From Candidatus Eiseniibacteriota bacterium (GTDB lineage: Bacteria > Joyebacterota > Joyebacteria > Joyebacterales > Joyebacteraceae), in the NCBI GenBank assembly GCA_043819135.1, contig JBDRFG010000146.1:1-43511 (forward strand): 43,511 nucleotides of DNA. Reading direction: 5' to 3'. Positions 17,593-26,702 of the stretch are shown piece by piece. How positions within the stretch are numbered: position 1 is the stretch's first letter; the number at the start of each line of letters is the position of its first letter. Both the position numbers and the translations under genes were made by a program. The notes beneath the pieces are model-generated. The model saw only the letters and a list, made by a program, of their open reading frames with translations. It did not search any database and was not told where the DNA came from.

Positions 17593-18594
17593 ATGAGAAA
17601 CGGACGAGCGATGCGAACGAGCCTTGTCGTGTTTGCGGCCCTGGCGCTGCTGTCGGCAGCTGCCGTCGCCCAGACTGTAGCCGAGTACAAGATAGGTCAG
17701 GGTGATGCCCTGAGCATCTCCGTGTGGAGGCACCCGGAGCTTGAGCGGACCGTCGTCGTGAGGTCCAACGGCCGCGTGACCTTCCCGCCCATCGGGGACG
17801 TCACCGCGGAGGGGCTCATGCCTTCGGACCTGTCGAGGGAGATCATGCAGCGTCTCAGGGACTACACGCGTGAGACTACTCAGGTCACCGTGACGGTCGC
17901 CCAGTTCAACAGCAGGGCCGTCTTCCTGACGGGGCAGGTCGTCGGCCCCGGCAGGTACAGTTTCGAAGCGATACCGGATCTTCTGCAGTTGTTGAGTTCT
18001 GCCGGCGGACCGCTTCCCAGCGCGGACCTTTCGCAGGTTTCGATCATTCGCGCGACGCCGACCGGACCGTCTGTCATCACGATAGATGTGGGTTCGTACA
18101 TGCGTGGGCAAGCCACCCAGCCGCTGCCGACGCTTGAGCCCGGTGACACGATCGAGATCCCGTCGATCCTGGGGACGTCCGCCGCGGGCGCACAGGGGAT
18201 GGTCTTCATCTTCGGAGAGGTAGGATCGCCGGGCGCGTATCCGGCCGGGAGCGGCACCGACCTGCTCCAGCTTATCGCCGTGGCCGGGGGCACGACGCCC
18301 GGCGCGAATCTCAACGAGGTTTCGGTGGTCATGGACGGGGGGAACGGCCAGGTTGTGGCCAGGGTCGACCTCAAGGACGTCATTGAGAACGGAACGGCGA
18401 CTCCGTTCATGCTCGCTGCCGGCGACCGCGTGATCGTTCCGGCGACCGACGCGACTCTGGCCGGCCAGATACTGGGCGGGATAGGATCGGTGTTCGGATA
18501 CACGAGCGATCTGATGTCTTCGTACCTTCTGTATCTCACGCTGGACCGTGAGGTGGATGCGAAGAGCACGAGGGATGTGGCAGCGACTCAGTAG
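17593..18594 (+). CDS. Polysaccharide export protein (OPX/Wza family, Poly_export + SLBB domains)
   Basis: Signal peptide; YKIGQGD.L.I.VW..PEL...V.VR.NG..TFP.IG; two V..GxV..PG.Y SLBB repeats; GGAGG before ATG 17593. Confidence 0.92.
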   Translation: MRNGRAMRTSLVVFAALALLSAAAVAQTVAEYKIGQGDALSISVWRHPELERTVVVRSNGRVTFPPIGDVTAEGLMPSDLSREIMQRLRDYTRETTQVTVTVAQFNSRAVFLTGQVVGPGRYSFEAIPDLLQLLSSAGGPLPSADLSQVSIIRATPTGPSVITIDVGSYMRGQATQPLPTLEPGDTIEIPSILGTSAAGAQGMVFIFGEVGSPGAYPAGSGTDLLQLIAVAGGTTPGANLNEVSVVMDGGNGQVVARVDLKDVIENGTATPFMLAAGDRVIVPATDATLAGQILGGIGSVFGYTSDLMSSYLLYLTLDREVDAKSTRDVAATQ

Positions 18595-18660
18595 GCGCCA
18601 TCAGCATCGCTGCCGCAGGAGACGTCGAACCAGGGAACGGCTGGTGTACTCGGGGGTGAA

Positions 18661-20910
18661 ATGACTGAGCAGGCGACGAAGCAAGTGGACATCAGGAGCT
18701 ATCTGAAGGCGGTGTGGAGGAGGAAGTGGCTGCTTCTCATTCCCGTCGTCGTTGCCGGCGTGGCCGGCGGCATCACGGCGCAGATGCTGCCGCCGATCTA
18801 CGAGGCCAAGAGCACGGTCGTCGTGAGGATGTCCGACAGGCTGTCGGAGCCGCTGGCCAGGCTGGTGGGCAGATCCCCGATGGAGGAGCAGCTGTCTCGA
18901 CTGCAGCAGAAAGCCAAGAGCACCTCCTTCCTCGTCGAGCTCGTCAGGACGCTCGGTATGGCGAACGACGAGGATATCCAGCAGTGGGCGCGGAGCCAGA
19001 ATCGCAAGGACCCGTCCGTCCCCGTTGCCGAACTGGCCGAGTCCCGGGCCGTCTCGTACCTCCAGCCGAGGATCGCCGTCGTCAGAACGTCCTCGACCGG
19101 CTTTCAGGTCGTCGCGCGCGACTTCGAACCCGAGCGAGCGACGCTTCTGGCTCAGCACATCACCAATGCGTTCGTCAGCGCGTCGAACCGCGAGCAGTTG
19201 GAGGAGATAAGGTCCATACACGACTTCAGCGTCGAGCAGCTCGTCATATACAAGCAGAAGCTCGACGATGCCGAGAGGCAGCTGCGGGAGTTCCAGGAGG
19301 GCAGGATCACCAGCGGCCCGATCGCCAATCCGGTCACGGCGCAGAACGTCAACCGCGCCGACGTGCTGATGAGCCAGGCGCAGGTGGAGGGGAGCGACGC
19401 CGCGGCTGCTCTCGCGAACAGGCGGGGCACGCTACGCTCCCTTGCGTCGGCCGAGTACGACGCCCTCGCGGGCCTGACGTCCGCGGCGTTGGATTACGAC
19501 TCTGACCAGCTGGTCTCGCTCGAGCGTGAGGTGGCGTCCGTGCTCGTCAGGTCTTCCGCAGACGGACCGGAGATAAGCTCCCTCTACGTGAGCATCGCCG
19601 AGAAGAAGACCCAGCTTCGTGACGACGCGAGGAGACTCGCGCGCGACAGCTTCGGAGGGCTCTCGATCGGTGTTGTCAACGCCTACGCGGAGCTCAAGAT
19701 CGCGCAGGTCGAGGATGCGATGATCTCCGAGAGGCTGCGCATTCTCAGGCGCTTCATGTGGGACTACACGCAGGGCAGGGTGAGCGTTCCCGAAGAGGAG
19801 ATGGAGCTCACGCGGCTCAGGCAAGAGGTAGAGAACAACAGGGCGCTCTACGAGGCGTTCCTCGAGCAGTCGGCGGCGGGACAGATCACCGAGGCCCTCG
19901 AGGCCGCGCGCGCCGGCGGGCGCTTTGAGATCATCGAACCCCCCGTGCGTCCCACGGGGCCGGTCGCGCCGGACAAGCCGATGATCATCCTTCTGTCACT
20001 CTTCGGCGGTCTGGTCATCGGTCTGGGCATCGTGCTCGCGACCGAACAGGGCGACACGTCGTTCAAGGACATCGCGGATATCGAGGCCACGCTGGGCGTT
20101 CCCGTGCTGGCGACCGTTCCCGAGGCGGACGTGTTCCACTCGATCGGATCGAGGGAGAAGCAGCTGCGCCGCGGCGGGAGAAAGGCCACCGGTGGCGACT
20201 CGATGCTGCTCCGCTACATGGTCCGTGAGACGCCCATCTCGTTCGAGTTCCGACGACTGACCAGGAAGCTCTCGAAGATGAACGGCGGTGACATCCCGAA
20301 ATCGATACTCGTCACCAGCTCCAACAGGGGAGAGGGCAAGACCACCGTCGCGGCCTGTCTGGCCATCACGCTCGCCAAGCACTACGGTCGCCGCGTAGCA
20401 CTGGTCGACTGTGACCTCCGGAAGCCGCGAGCGCACATGCTGATGGAGGTCGCGCAGCGTCCGGGCCTCGCCGATGCACTTCAGCGCGGTAACCTGCTGG
20501 GCAGCGACATCCGCGCCACGTCGCTGGACACCCTCTTCGTCGTGCCGAGTGGAACGAGACGGGACGAGCCGACGTGGGTTCTCGAATCACTCCCCAACTC
20601 CCGTGTGATGGCCGAGCTGATGGGTAGTTTCGATCACGTGATCTTCGATACCGCACCCAACGTCGCGGTGCCGGACGCTCTGCTTCTTTCGAGCGAGGTC
20701 GACGGGGTCATCATGGTTCTGAGAGCTGGTGCGACGCCTCGCGAGGTCATCCTGCGCGGGGTCCAGCTGCAGCTCGACGAGAAGGACAACATGCTGGGTC
20801 TTGTCGTCAACAATCTGCAGCGCGTGCTGCCCTACTACTACGACTACAGGTACTACGGCTACGGAGCGTCCGAGTCTGAGCATGAATCGAAAGACGAATC
20901 GGAAGAGTGA
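18661..20910 (+). CDS. wzc: Polysaccharide co-polymerase / BY-kinase (Wzc family)
   Basis: Two TM helices flanking a coiled periplasmic region; IIEPP..P..P..P; SSNRGEGKTT, VDCDLRKP, IFDTAP; Tyr cluster YYYDYRYYGYG. Confidence 0.93.
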   Translation: MTEQATKQVDIRSYLKAVWRRKWLLLIPVVVAGVAGGITAQMLPPIYEAKSTVVVRMSDRLSEPLARLVGRSPMEEQLSRLQQKAKSTSFLVELVRTLGMANDEDIQQWARSQNRKDPSVPVAELAESRAVSYLQPRIAVVRTSSTGFQVVARDFEPERATLLAQHITNAFVSASNREQLEEIRSIHDFSVEQLVIYKQKLDDAERQLREFQEGRITSGPIANPVTAQNVNRADVLMSQAQVEGSDAAAALANRRGTLRSLASAEYDALAGLTSAALDYDSDQLVSLEREVASVLVRSSADGPEISSLYVSIAEKKTQLRDDARRLARDSFGGLSIGVVNAYAELKIAQVEDAMISERLRILRRFMWDYTQGRVSVPEEEMELTRLRQEVENNRALYEAFLEQSAAGQITEALEAARAGGRFEIIEPPVRPTGPVAPDKPMIILLSLFGGLVIGLGIVLATEQGDTSFKDIADIEATLGVPVLATVPEADVFHSIGSREKQLRRGGRKATGGDSMLLRYMVRETPISFEFRRLTRKLSKMNGGDIPKSILVTSSNRGEGKTTVAACLAITLAKHYGRRVALVDCDLRKPRAHMLMEVAQRPGLADALQRGNLLGSDIRATSLDTLFVVPSGTRRDEPTWVLESLPNSRVMAELMGSFDHVIFDTAPNVAVPDALLLSSEVDGVIMVLRAGATPREVILRGVQLQLDEKDNMLGLVVNNLQRVLPYYYDYRYYGYGASESEHESKDESEE

Positions 20911-20917
20911 TAAGAGC

Positions 20918-22102
20918 ATGATCGAAATTCTCTCGGTGTTCGGGACTCGTCCCGAGGCGATCAAGATGGCGCCGCTCCTGGCCGAACTGGGCCGGCGCAG
21001 CGACGTCATGTCGTCGCGCGTGTGCGTGACCGCGCAGCACCGGGAAATGCTGGACCAGGTGCTCGAGGTGTTCGGCATCGTGCCGGACATCGACCTGGAC
21101 ATCATGACGGACAACCAGTCGCCAGGTCGCGTGACCGGCGCGGTCCTCGAGAGCCTCGACGGCGTTCTGACGGAGCGCCCTCCGGATCTCGTGCTTGTCC
21201 ACGGCGATACCACCACCACGATGGCCGCCTCACTGGCGGCCTTCTATCACAAGATACCGGTGGGACACGTCGAGGCGGGTCTGCGAACCGGTTGTCGCTA
21301 CTACCCTTTCCCGGAAGAGATGAACCGGGTGGTGACCGACGCGGTGGCGACGCTTCACTTCGCGCCGACCGCCAGAGCCGCCGAGAACCTGCTTGCATCG
21401 GGAGTGTCGAAGAAGTCCATCACGGTAACCGGCAACACCGTGATCGACGCGCTCCTGGACGTGGCGGGACGCTCATACGACGACGAATCAGGGGCGCCGA
21501 CCGGCGGCCGCGTTGTTCTGGTGACGGCGCATCGCCGCGAGAACCACGGCGCACCGTTGGAGAACATATGCCACGCGCTCAGAGACATCGCTGACGCGTT
21601 CCCCGACGTGCACATAGTCTACCCCGTGCACCTGAACCCGAACGTGCAGCGAGTCGCGCGCCACGTCCTCGGGGACCACGAGCGTGTTCTTCTGCTGGAG
21701 CCAATGTCCTATGTGTCCATCGTCAGAGTCATGAAGGAGTCGTTCCTGGTGGTCACAGACTCGGGAGGGTTGCAGGAGGAGGCGCCATCGCTGGGGAAGC
21801 CGGTGCTCGTGCTTCGCAACGAGACGGAGCGTCCGGAGGCGGTCGAGGCCGGCACCGTGCGACTGGTCGGGACCGACAGAGACAGAATAGTCGAACACAT
21901 GACGGAGCTTCTCACCGACGATGCGGCCTACGCCGCGATGGCCGGGGCGGTCAACCCTTACGGTGATGGCGAGGCGAGCTCGAGGATCGCCGATGCGATC
22001 GCCTGCGAGTTCGAGCTACCGGGCGCGCGCCGCCCCATCGAATTCCACCCTGAGGCGTTCGTGCGCCCCGACGGGCTCACGCGGCAGAAGGCCGGAGGGT
22101 AA
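20918..22102 (+). CDS. wecB: Non-hydrolysing UDP-GlcNAc 2-epimerase
   Basis: FGTRPEAIKMAP, TAQHREML, VHGDTTT, HVEAGLRT, PFPEE.NR, TAHRREN, TDSGGLQEEAPS and NPYGDG. Confidence 0.96.
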   Translation: MIEILSVFGTRPEAIKMAPLLAELGRRSDVMSSRVCVTAQHREMLDQVLEVFGIVPDIDLDIMTDNQSPGRVTGAVLESLDGVLTERPPDLVLVHGDTTTTMAASLAAFYHKIPVGHVEAGLRTGCRYYPFPEEMNRVVTDAVATLHFAPTARAAENLLASGVSKKSITVTGNTVIDALLDVAGRSYDDESGAPTGGRVVLVTAHRRENHGAPLENICHALRDIADAFPDVHIVYPVHLNPNVQRVARHVLGDHERVLLLEPMSYVSIVRVMKESFLVVTDSGGLQEEAPSLGKPVLVLRNETERPEAVEAGTVRLVGTDRDRIVEHMTELLTDDAAYAAMAGAVNPYGDGEASSRIADAIACEFELPGARRPIEFHPEAFVRPDGLTRQKAGG

Positions 22103-22105
22103 CCG

Positions 22106-22873
22106 ATGCTGGTTGTGATGCTGCCCGCGTACAACGAGGTGGACGCGATCGCGCCGCTGCTGACGAAGATCGCGCGAACGTTCGAGGGTATCGACGGGGA
22201 TTCGAGTGTCCTTCTCGTCGACGACGGTAGCACGGACGGCACGATAGAGCGCGCCGAGGAGACCGCCAGGTCGCTCGGGCTGCTGCTGATCGTCGCCGCA
22301 CACGAGGCCAATAAGGGTCTGGGCGCCGCGCTCAAGACCGGGTTCAGGCGCGGCAGCGAGCTGGTCGGGCGGGACGGCGTCCTCGTAGGAATGGACGCGG
22401 ACAACACGCACGACCCGGCGGTCATCCCCTCGATGCTCGAGAAGCTCAACGAGGGCTACGACGTGGTCATCGCGTCACGATACGCGCCCGGCGGTGAGGA
22501 AGTGGGGCTGTCGTTGTTTCGCAGCATTCTGAGCCGGGGGGCGAGCATGACGCTCAGGCTCTTCCTGCCCGTCGAGGGAGCGCGAGACTACTCGTGCGGG
22601 TTCAGGGCCTACAGAGGGACCGCGCTCGCCCGGGCGTTCGAGGCCCACGGAGATAGCCTCATCACCGAGACCGGATTCGTTGCCTCGGCCGAGGTTCTCC
22701 TCAGACTTGCCTACCTGCCGTCGCGCGTGGCCGAGGTGCCTCTCGTGCTCAGGTACGATCTCAAGGGCGGGGCGAGCAAGATGAACATAACGGACACCAT
22801 CAAGCGCTACCTGCGGATGATAACGGCGGGCCGCAAGGCCATCAAGAACCGGGGCGACGCGACGTCCCACTGA
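22106..22873 (+). CDS. GT2 polyprenyl-phosphate glycosyltransferase (DPM1/ArnC/GtrB-like)
   Basis: LPAYNE, VDDGSTDGT, N.GLGAAL..G, MDADNTH.P, DVVIASRY..GG and RDYSCGFRAY. Confidence 0.9.
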   Translation: MLVVMLPAYNEVDAIAPLLTKIARTFEGIDGDSSVLLVDDGSTDGTIERAEETARSLGLLLIVAAHEANKGLGAALKTGFRRGSELVGRDGVLVGMDADNTHDPAVIPSMLEKLNEGYDVVIASRYAPGGEEVGLSLFRSILSRGASMTLRLFLPVEGARDYSCGFRAYRGTALARAFEAHGDSLITETGFVASAEVLLRLAYLPSRVAEVPLVLRYDLKGGASKMNITDTIKRYLRMITAGRKAIKNRGDATSH

Positions 22874-22906
22874 CCGGCTCGGCAACAGTAGCGGAAGGGG
22901 TCCCAC

Positions 22907-23266
22907 ATGAAGGGAATTCCTCTGATCATCCTGGCGGTCATGCTCGGCGCGACGGGGCAGATCGTCATGAAGAAGGGGATGCAGATCTACGGGAAGGTGG
23001 ACGCCGTGAGCGTGTGGGCGCAGCTGATCCCGATCCTCAAGACGCCACAGGTGGCGATCGGTTTCATCTGCTACGGGCTGAGCTCCGTCCTATGGATAGC
23101 GGTCGTGTCCAACTTCGACCTCAGTATGGCGTACCCGATGGTCAGCCTCGCGTACGTCATCGTGTTCGTGGCCTCGTGGCTGCTGCTCGGAGAGCAGATT
23201 CCCGCGCTGAGGCTGGTAGGACTTCTCATCATCGTGGCGGGCGTGGTCGTGATCTCGAGGAGCTGA
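22907..23266 (+). CDS. SMR/EamA-type small membrane protein (ArnE/ArnF-like lipid-sugar flippase)
   Basis: 119 aa, four hydrophobic helices; GQIVMKKG, DLSMAYPMVSLAYV and LLGEQI...R.VG patterns. Confidence 0.85.
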   Translation: MKGIPLIILAVMLGATGQIVMKKGMQIYGKVDAVSVWAQLIPILKTPQVAIGFICYGLSSVLWIAVVSNFDLSMAYPMVSLAYVIVFVASWLLLGEQIPALRLVGLLIIVAGVVVISRS

Positions 23267-23284
23267 TGTCCTGGGTTCCGTGGA

Positions 23285-23372
23285 GGGGGACGCACCCGTC
23301 CCCCGACTCGTGAAGAGTGGTGTCGTTTCGGTCCCGGTGACCCGGAGAGGAGACATCGCTTCGGTCCCGGTG
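23285..23372. repeat. Intergenic hairpin plus 17-bp direct repeat
   Basis: GGGGGACG-CACC-CGTCCCCC (23285-23304); TCGTTTCGGTCCCGGTG (23323-39) and TCGCTTCGGTCCCGGTG (23356-72) are 16/17 identical with a 33-bp period. Confidence 0.7.
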
Positions 23373-23382
23373 GAGGAACTCG

Positions 23383-25221
23383 ATGAGTCGGCGTGCGGAG
23401 ACACTGGTCCTCCTGGCGATCCTTGCGGCGGCGACCTGCGTCCGCCTCTGGGGGATCGACTGGGGACTCCCATACCCGTACCACCCCGACGAGGGTTCGG
23501 TTCTCTTCCACGCGCTCGGGTTCGGAACCGGCGACCTCAACCCACACTGGTTCCGCTGGCCGTCGCTCTCGATGTACGAGATGTTCGGGGTTTACGGCGT
23601 CTACTTCGTCATAGGAAAGCTCTCCGGCATCTTCGCTGCTCCCGCGGACCTGGTCCGGCAGTACCTGACCGACCTGACACCGTTCTGGCTGCTCGGCAGG
23701 CTGGCGTCCGCCGTGGCCGGCGTGGCAACCGTCTGTGTGTCGTTCCTCATCGGACGACGCGCATACGGTCGCTTCGCCGGGCTCGTGTCCGCGGCCATCA
23801 TGGCGGTCGTGTATCTGCACGTGAGAGACTCCCACTACGCGACGCCGGATGTCCTCACGACCTTCCTCGCGTCGGTGTCGCTCCTTCTGGCTGTCTCGGC
23901 CTGTCGCTCCGGTCGCGCGCGAACGCTCATCCTCTCGGGGCTCTTCGCAGGTCTCGCGGCCTCCGCGAAGTATCCCGGCGTCCTTGCGGGCGCGGGGACT
24001 GCAGCGGCGTTCTTCTTCCTCCTGTCGAGGCGAAGAGTCGCCCCGGCCGCCGTGGTAGGCGTGCTGCTTGCGGCGGTCGCCGGCTTCGTAGCCGGCACGC
24101 CGTTCAGCGTTCTCAGCTTCCACGAGTTCACACGTGACATCCTGATGCAGTTCACGATGATATCGACCTCGGGCGCGCCCGTGTTCGCGCAGTCGTTCGG
24201 GCAGGGCGTCGCCGAGATGTTCTCGGGGACGCTTCTTAGGGGCGTGGGCCTGCCGGTGCTGGCGCTCGCGCTGGTCGGCTGCCTCGCGCCCTCACGGCTG
24301 TGGGAAGGTCTCGGGAGCGGAGAACGGCAGCCCGTGGGTCCCACGGCCGCCGGTGGGAGACTGGTCCTCGTAAGTTACGTGGTCACTGTTCTGGTAGTGA
24401 TGAGCCTCCTCACCGTCAAGCGCTCTACCTACCTGACGCCGGCCCTTCCCGCGATCGCCGTGCTGGCCGCGGCCGGACTGGAGACGCTCTTCGTCTCATG
24501 GAAGGGGCGCGGAAGGCTCGTAGCGGCGTCGCTCGCGGCGCTCATCGTCGTCATCCTGACGGCCATGCCGACGCTGGAATTCGACCGCGCCATCGGCGTG
24601 CGCGACACGCGCGACAGGGCGAAGCTCTGGGTCGAGGACAACGTCCCTCCGGGAACGAAGATCGCCCTCGAGACCTACGGTCCCGTGCTCAATCCGACGG
24701 CCGAGCAGCTCGGCGCGACGGTGGCGGGAAGCACCACGGCCGTCGAGTCGTGGGAGGGTCCGAAGCGACAGCTCGCGGAGATGAAGCTCGACGTCGGCCG
24801 GGAGAGAGTCCCGCAGTTCGAGCTCTACGGGATCAACTGGGGCGACGACGCCTTCGGGCTGCCCGACCCCTGGGAGCAGCCGGACGCGCTGGCATCCGCC
24901 ATCGACACTCTGGGAATACGGTACGTCATCCTCAGCAGCAAGGCGCAGCAGTACAGGCCGATGGACGGCGCGGCCCCGCCGGCCTTCGAGGCCGAGTGGG
25001 CATTCTCCGACTGGCTGGCCGCGAACGCCACGCTGGTCGAGAAGTTCACGGCGGAGAGGGACGTTCCCGTCATCGACAGGGGCGCCGGGCGTTCGTTCCA
25101 TAACCCGGTCATAGAGGTCTACTCGGTGCGTCGTTCGGTGACCGTGCGTCTACCGGATGGTCCCGGAGGGCACGGGGTGACTCGCGTCGCGACCGAGCCC
25201 GCGGGGGAGGCGGAGCGATGA
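23383..25221 (+). CDS. GT-C fold integral membrane glycosyltransferase (ArnT/PMT-like)
   Basis: RLWGIDWGLPYPYHPDE acidic first-loop motif, NPHWF.WP.L, GRL.SA..G, SHYATPD, GLAASAKY, about 11 TM helices and a soluble C-terminal domain. Confidence 0.85.
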   Translation: MSRRAETLVLLAILAAATCVRLWGIDWGLPYPYHPDEGSVLFHALGFGTGDLNPHWFRWPSLSMYEMFGVYGVYFVIGKLSGIFAAPADLVRQYLTDLTPFWLLGRLASAVAGVATVCVSFLIGRRAYGRFAGLVSAAIMAVVYLHVRDSHYATPDVLTTFLASVSLLLAVSACRSGRARTLILSGLFAGLAASAKYPGVLAGAGTAAAFFFLLSRRRVAPAAVVGVLLAAVAGFVAGTPFSVLSFHEFTRDILMQFTMISTSGAPVFAQSFGQGVAEMFSGTLLRGVGLPVLALALVGCLAPSRLWEGLGSGERQPVGPTAAGGRLVLVSYVVTVLVVMSLLTVKRSTYLTPALPAIAVLAAAGLETLFVSWKGRGRLVAASLAALIVVILTAMPTLEFDRAIGVRDTRDRAKLWVEDNVPPGTKIALETYGPVLNPTAEQLGATVAGSTTAVESWEGPKRQLAEMKLDVGRERVPQFELYGINWGDDAFGLPDPWEQPDALASAIDTLGIRYVILSSKAQQYRPMDGAAPPAFEAEWAFSDWLAANATLVEKFTAERDVPVIDRGAGRSFHNPVIEVYSVRRSVTVRLPDGPGGHGVTRVATEPAGEAER

Positions 25222-26702
25222 GCCAGACCCGCCCAGCAGGCATCACGGGACGACGTCTGCCCCCGGTCCCGGGGCCGAGTGAGGTGCCGCAGTACAGCTA
25301 CGGCTGGGCCGTGTACGTGCTCGGCGTGCTGCTCGCTCTCGGTATCGCCTATGTGATATTCCAACTCCACTACATCTACGGGCAGGCGCCGCACCGCATC
25401 ATCAAGATACTGGTCGGCGTCATCGTGCTCCTGCTGGTGGCGTTCAAACCAAAGCTTGCGCTGCACGTCTGGCTGCTGGCGATCCCCATAGGGGAGTGGC
25501 TGCCTGCGTCCGGCATACCCGGCGTCAACGGACCGAACCTCCTCATTCTGATCATGCTTACGAGCTGGATCGTGCCGAGGATCATGAGCGGCGAGCGCAT
25601 TCTGAGCAGAACCCGGCTCTCCGCTCCTGTCGCCGCCTACATTCTGCTTCTCTTCTTCTCGCTCGGGCGCGCCTGGCTGTTCCCGCCCGGTGCCGGATAC
25701 GACGGGTTCCAGATGCTCAAGTCGGTGTGGCAGACCTTCCTCGGTTTCGTCGTCTACTACGCGGCCGCGAACATGGTCGTCGACGGCCGACAGGTCCGTG
25801 GGCTGCTCGTGACGTTCGCGATCGGGTCCAGTCTTGGCGCGCTGATCGCGGTGCGGCAGTTTCTCGGTGCCGGATTCGATTCGCGCATCGGGGGCGCCAT
25901 CGGCGACATCAACGACCTGGGTGCCTACTTCGCGGTAACCGCGTCCGCCCTGTTCGGGCTCTTCCTGACGTCGAGGGCGTTCACCGGTTTCAGGCGGCTG
26001 GTCATGGGCGCGTCGGTCGCTCTTGCCTCGTTCGGGGTCTTCGTACCGAAGTCAAGGGGCGGCTACCTGGGCGTGGTCGCCGGGGTCGGAGTGCTGACCT
26101 ATCTGTTGAACAAGCGGGCCGTCATCATCTTTGCGGTCGTGCTCGCGCTGTCACCCGTCTGGGCTCCGACGTTCGTCAAGGATCGTATCGCGGAGACCAG
26201 GGTCGACTCGATCGAGGCGGAGCTTGTGGGTGATGCCACCGACCGGCTCGACCCGTCGGCCGGCGTCAGGCTGATGGTCTGGGGGATCGTGGCCAAGGAG
26301 TCCCTCAGGAGCCCGCTGGTCGGGTTCGGGTACGGGTCCGTGCCCTATCTGACTGCCGGCAAGCTGAGCAGACCTTTCTCCGCTCACAGTCTCTACTTCG
26401 CTACCCTCGGAGAGACGGGGCTGATCGGATTGGCAGTGCTCGCCTGGCTTATATTCGCATGTTTCGCCAGCGGGAAGGAACTCCTGCGGGTCGCGACGAC
26501 CCCGGGGAAAAGAGGGCTGGCCATCGCGTTTCTGGGCGCGACGGTCGCGCTCCTCGTGGCAAACGCATTCGGACAGAGATTCACTCACATTTCTATCGCG
26601 GGAACCTACTTCTTCCTTGCCGGTCTCGTCGACCGGAGCATCGCGATTGAGCGCGAAACCCACCGGTCCAACGAAGTGGGAGCAAAGGAGCTGACGTCAT
26701 GA
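25218..26702 (+). CDS. O-antigen ligase / Wzy polymerase family protein
   Basis: About 12 TM helices; R..G.IGDINDLG, SRGG.LG, R...W......R.P..G.G.G and AHSLY...LGETG.IG (Wzy_C pattern). Confidence 0.88.
   Translation: MSQTRPAGITGRRLPPVPGPSEVPQYSYGWAVYVLGVLLALGIAYVIFQLHYIYGQAPHRIIKILVGVIVLLLVAFKPKLALHVWLLAIPIGEWLPASGIPGVNGPNLLILIMLTSWIVPRIMSGERILSRTRLSAPVAAYILLLFFSLGRAWLFPPGAGYDGFQMLKSVWQTFLGFVVYYAAANMVVDGRQVRGLLVTFAIGSSLGALIAVRQFLGAGFDSRIGGAIGDINDLGAYFAVTASALFGLFLTSRAFTGFRRLVMGASVALASFGVFVPKSRGGYLGVVAGVGVLTYLLNKRAVIIFAVVLALSPVWAPTFVKDRIAETRVDSIEAELVGDATDRLDPSAGVRLMVWGIVAKESLRSPLVGFGYGSVPYLTAGKLSRPFSAHSLYFATLGETGLIGLAVLAWLIFACFASGKELLRVATTPGKRGLAIAFLGATVALLVANAFGQRFTHISIAGTYFFLAGLVDRSIAIERETHRSNEVGAKELTS

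Noticed and set aside
23323..23372. CRISPR array from the intergenic direct repeats
   Set aside because: Only two 17-bp copies with a 16-bp gap, and no cas genes in the window.
23266..23382. UGA read-through extending the GT-C gene from ATG 23266
   Set aside because: There are two in-frame TGA stops and no Cys/Sec context, and ATG 23383 has its own GGAGG.
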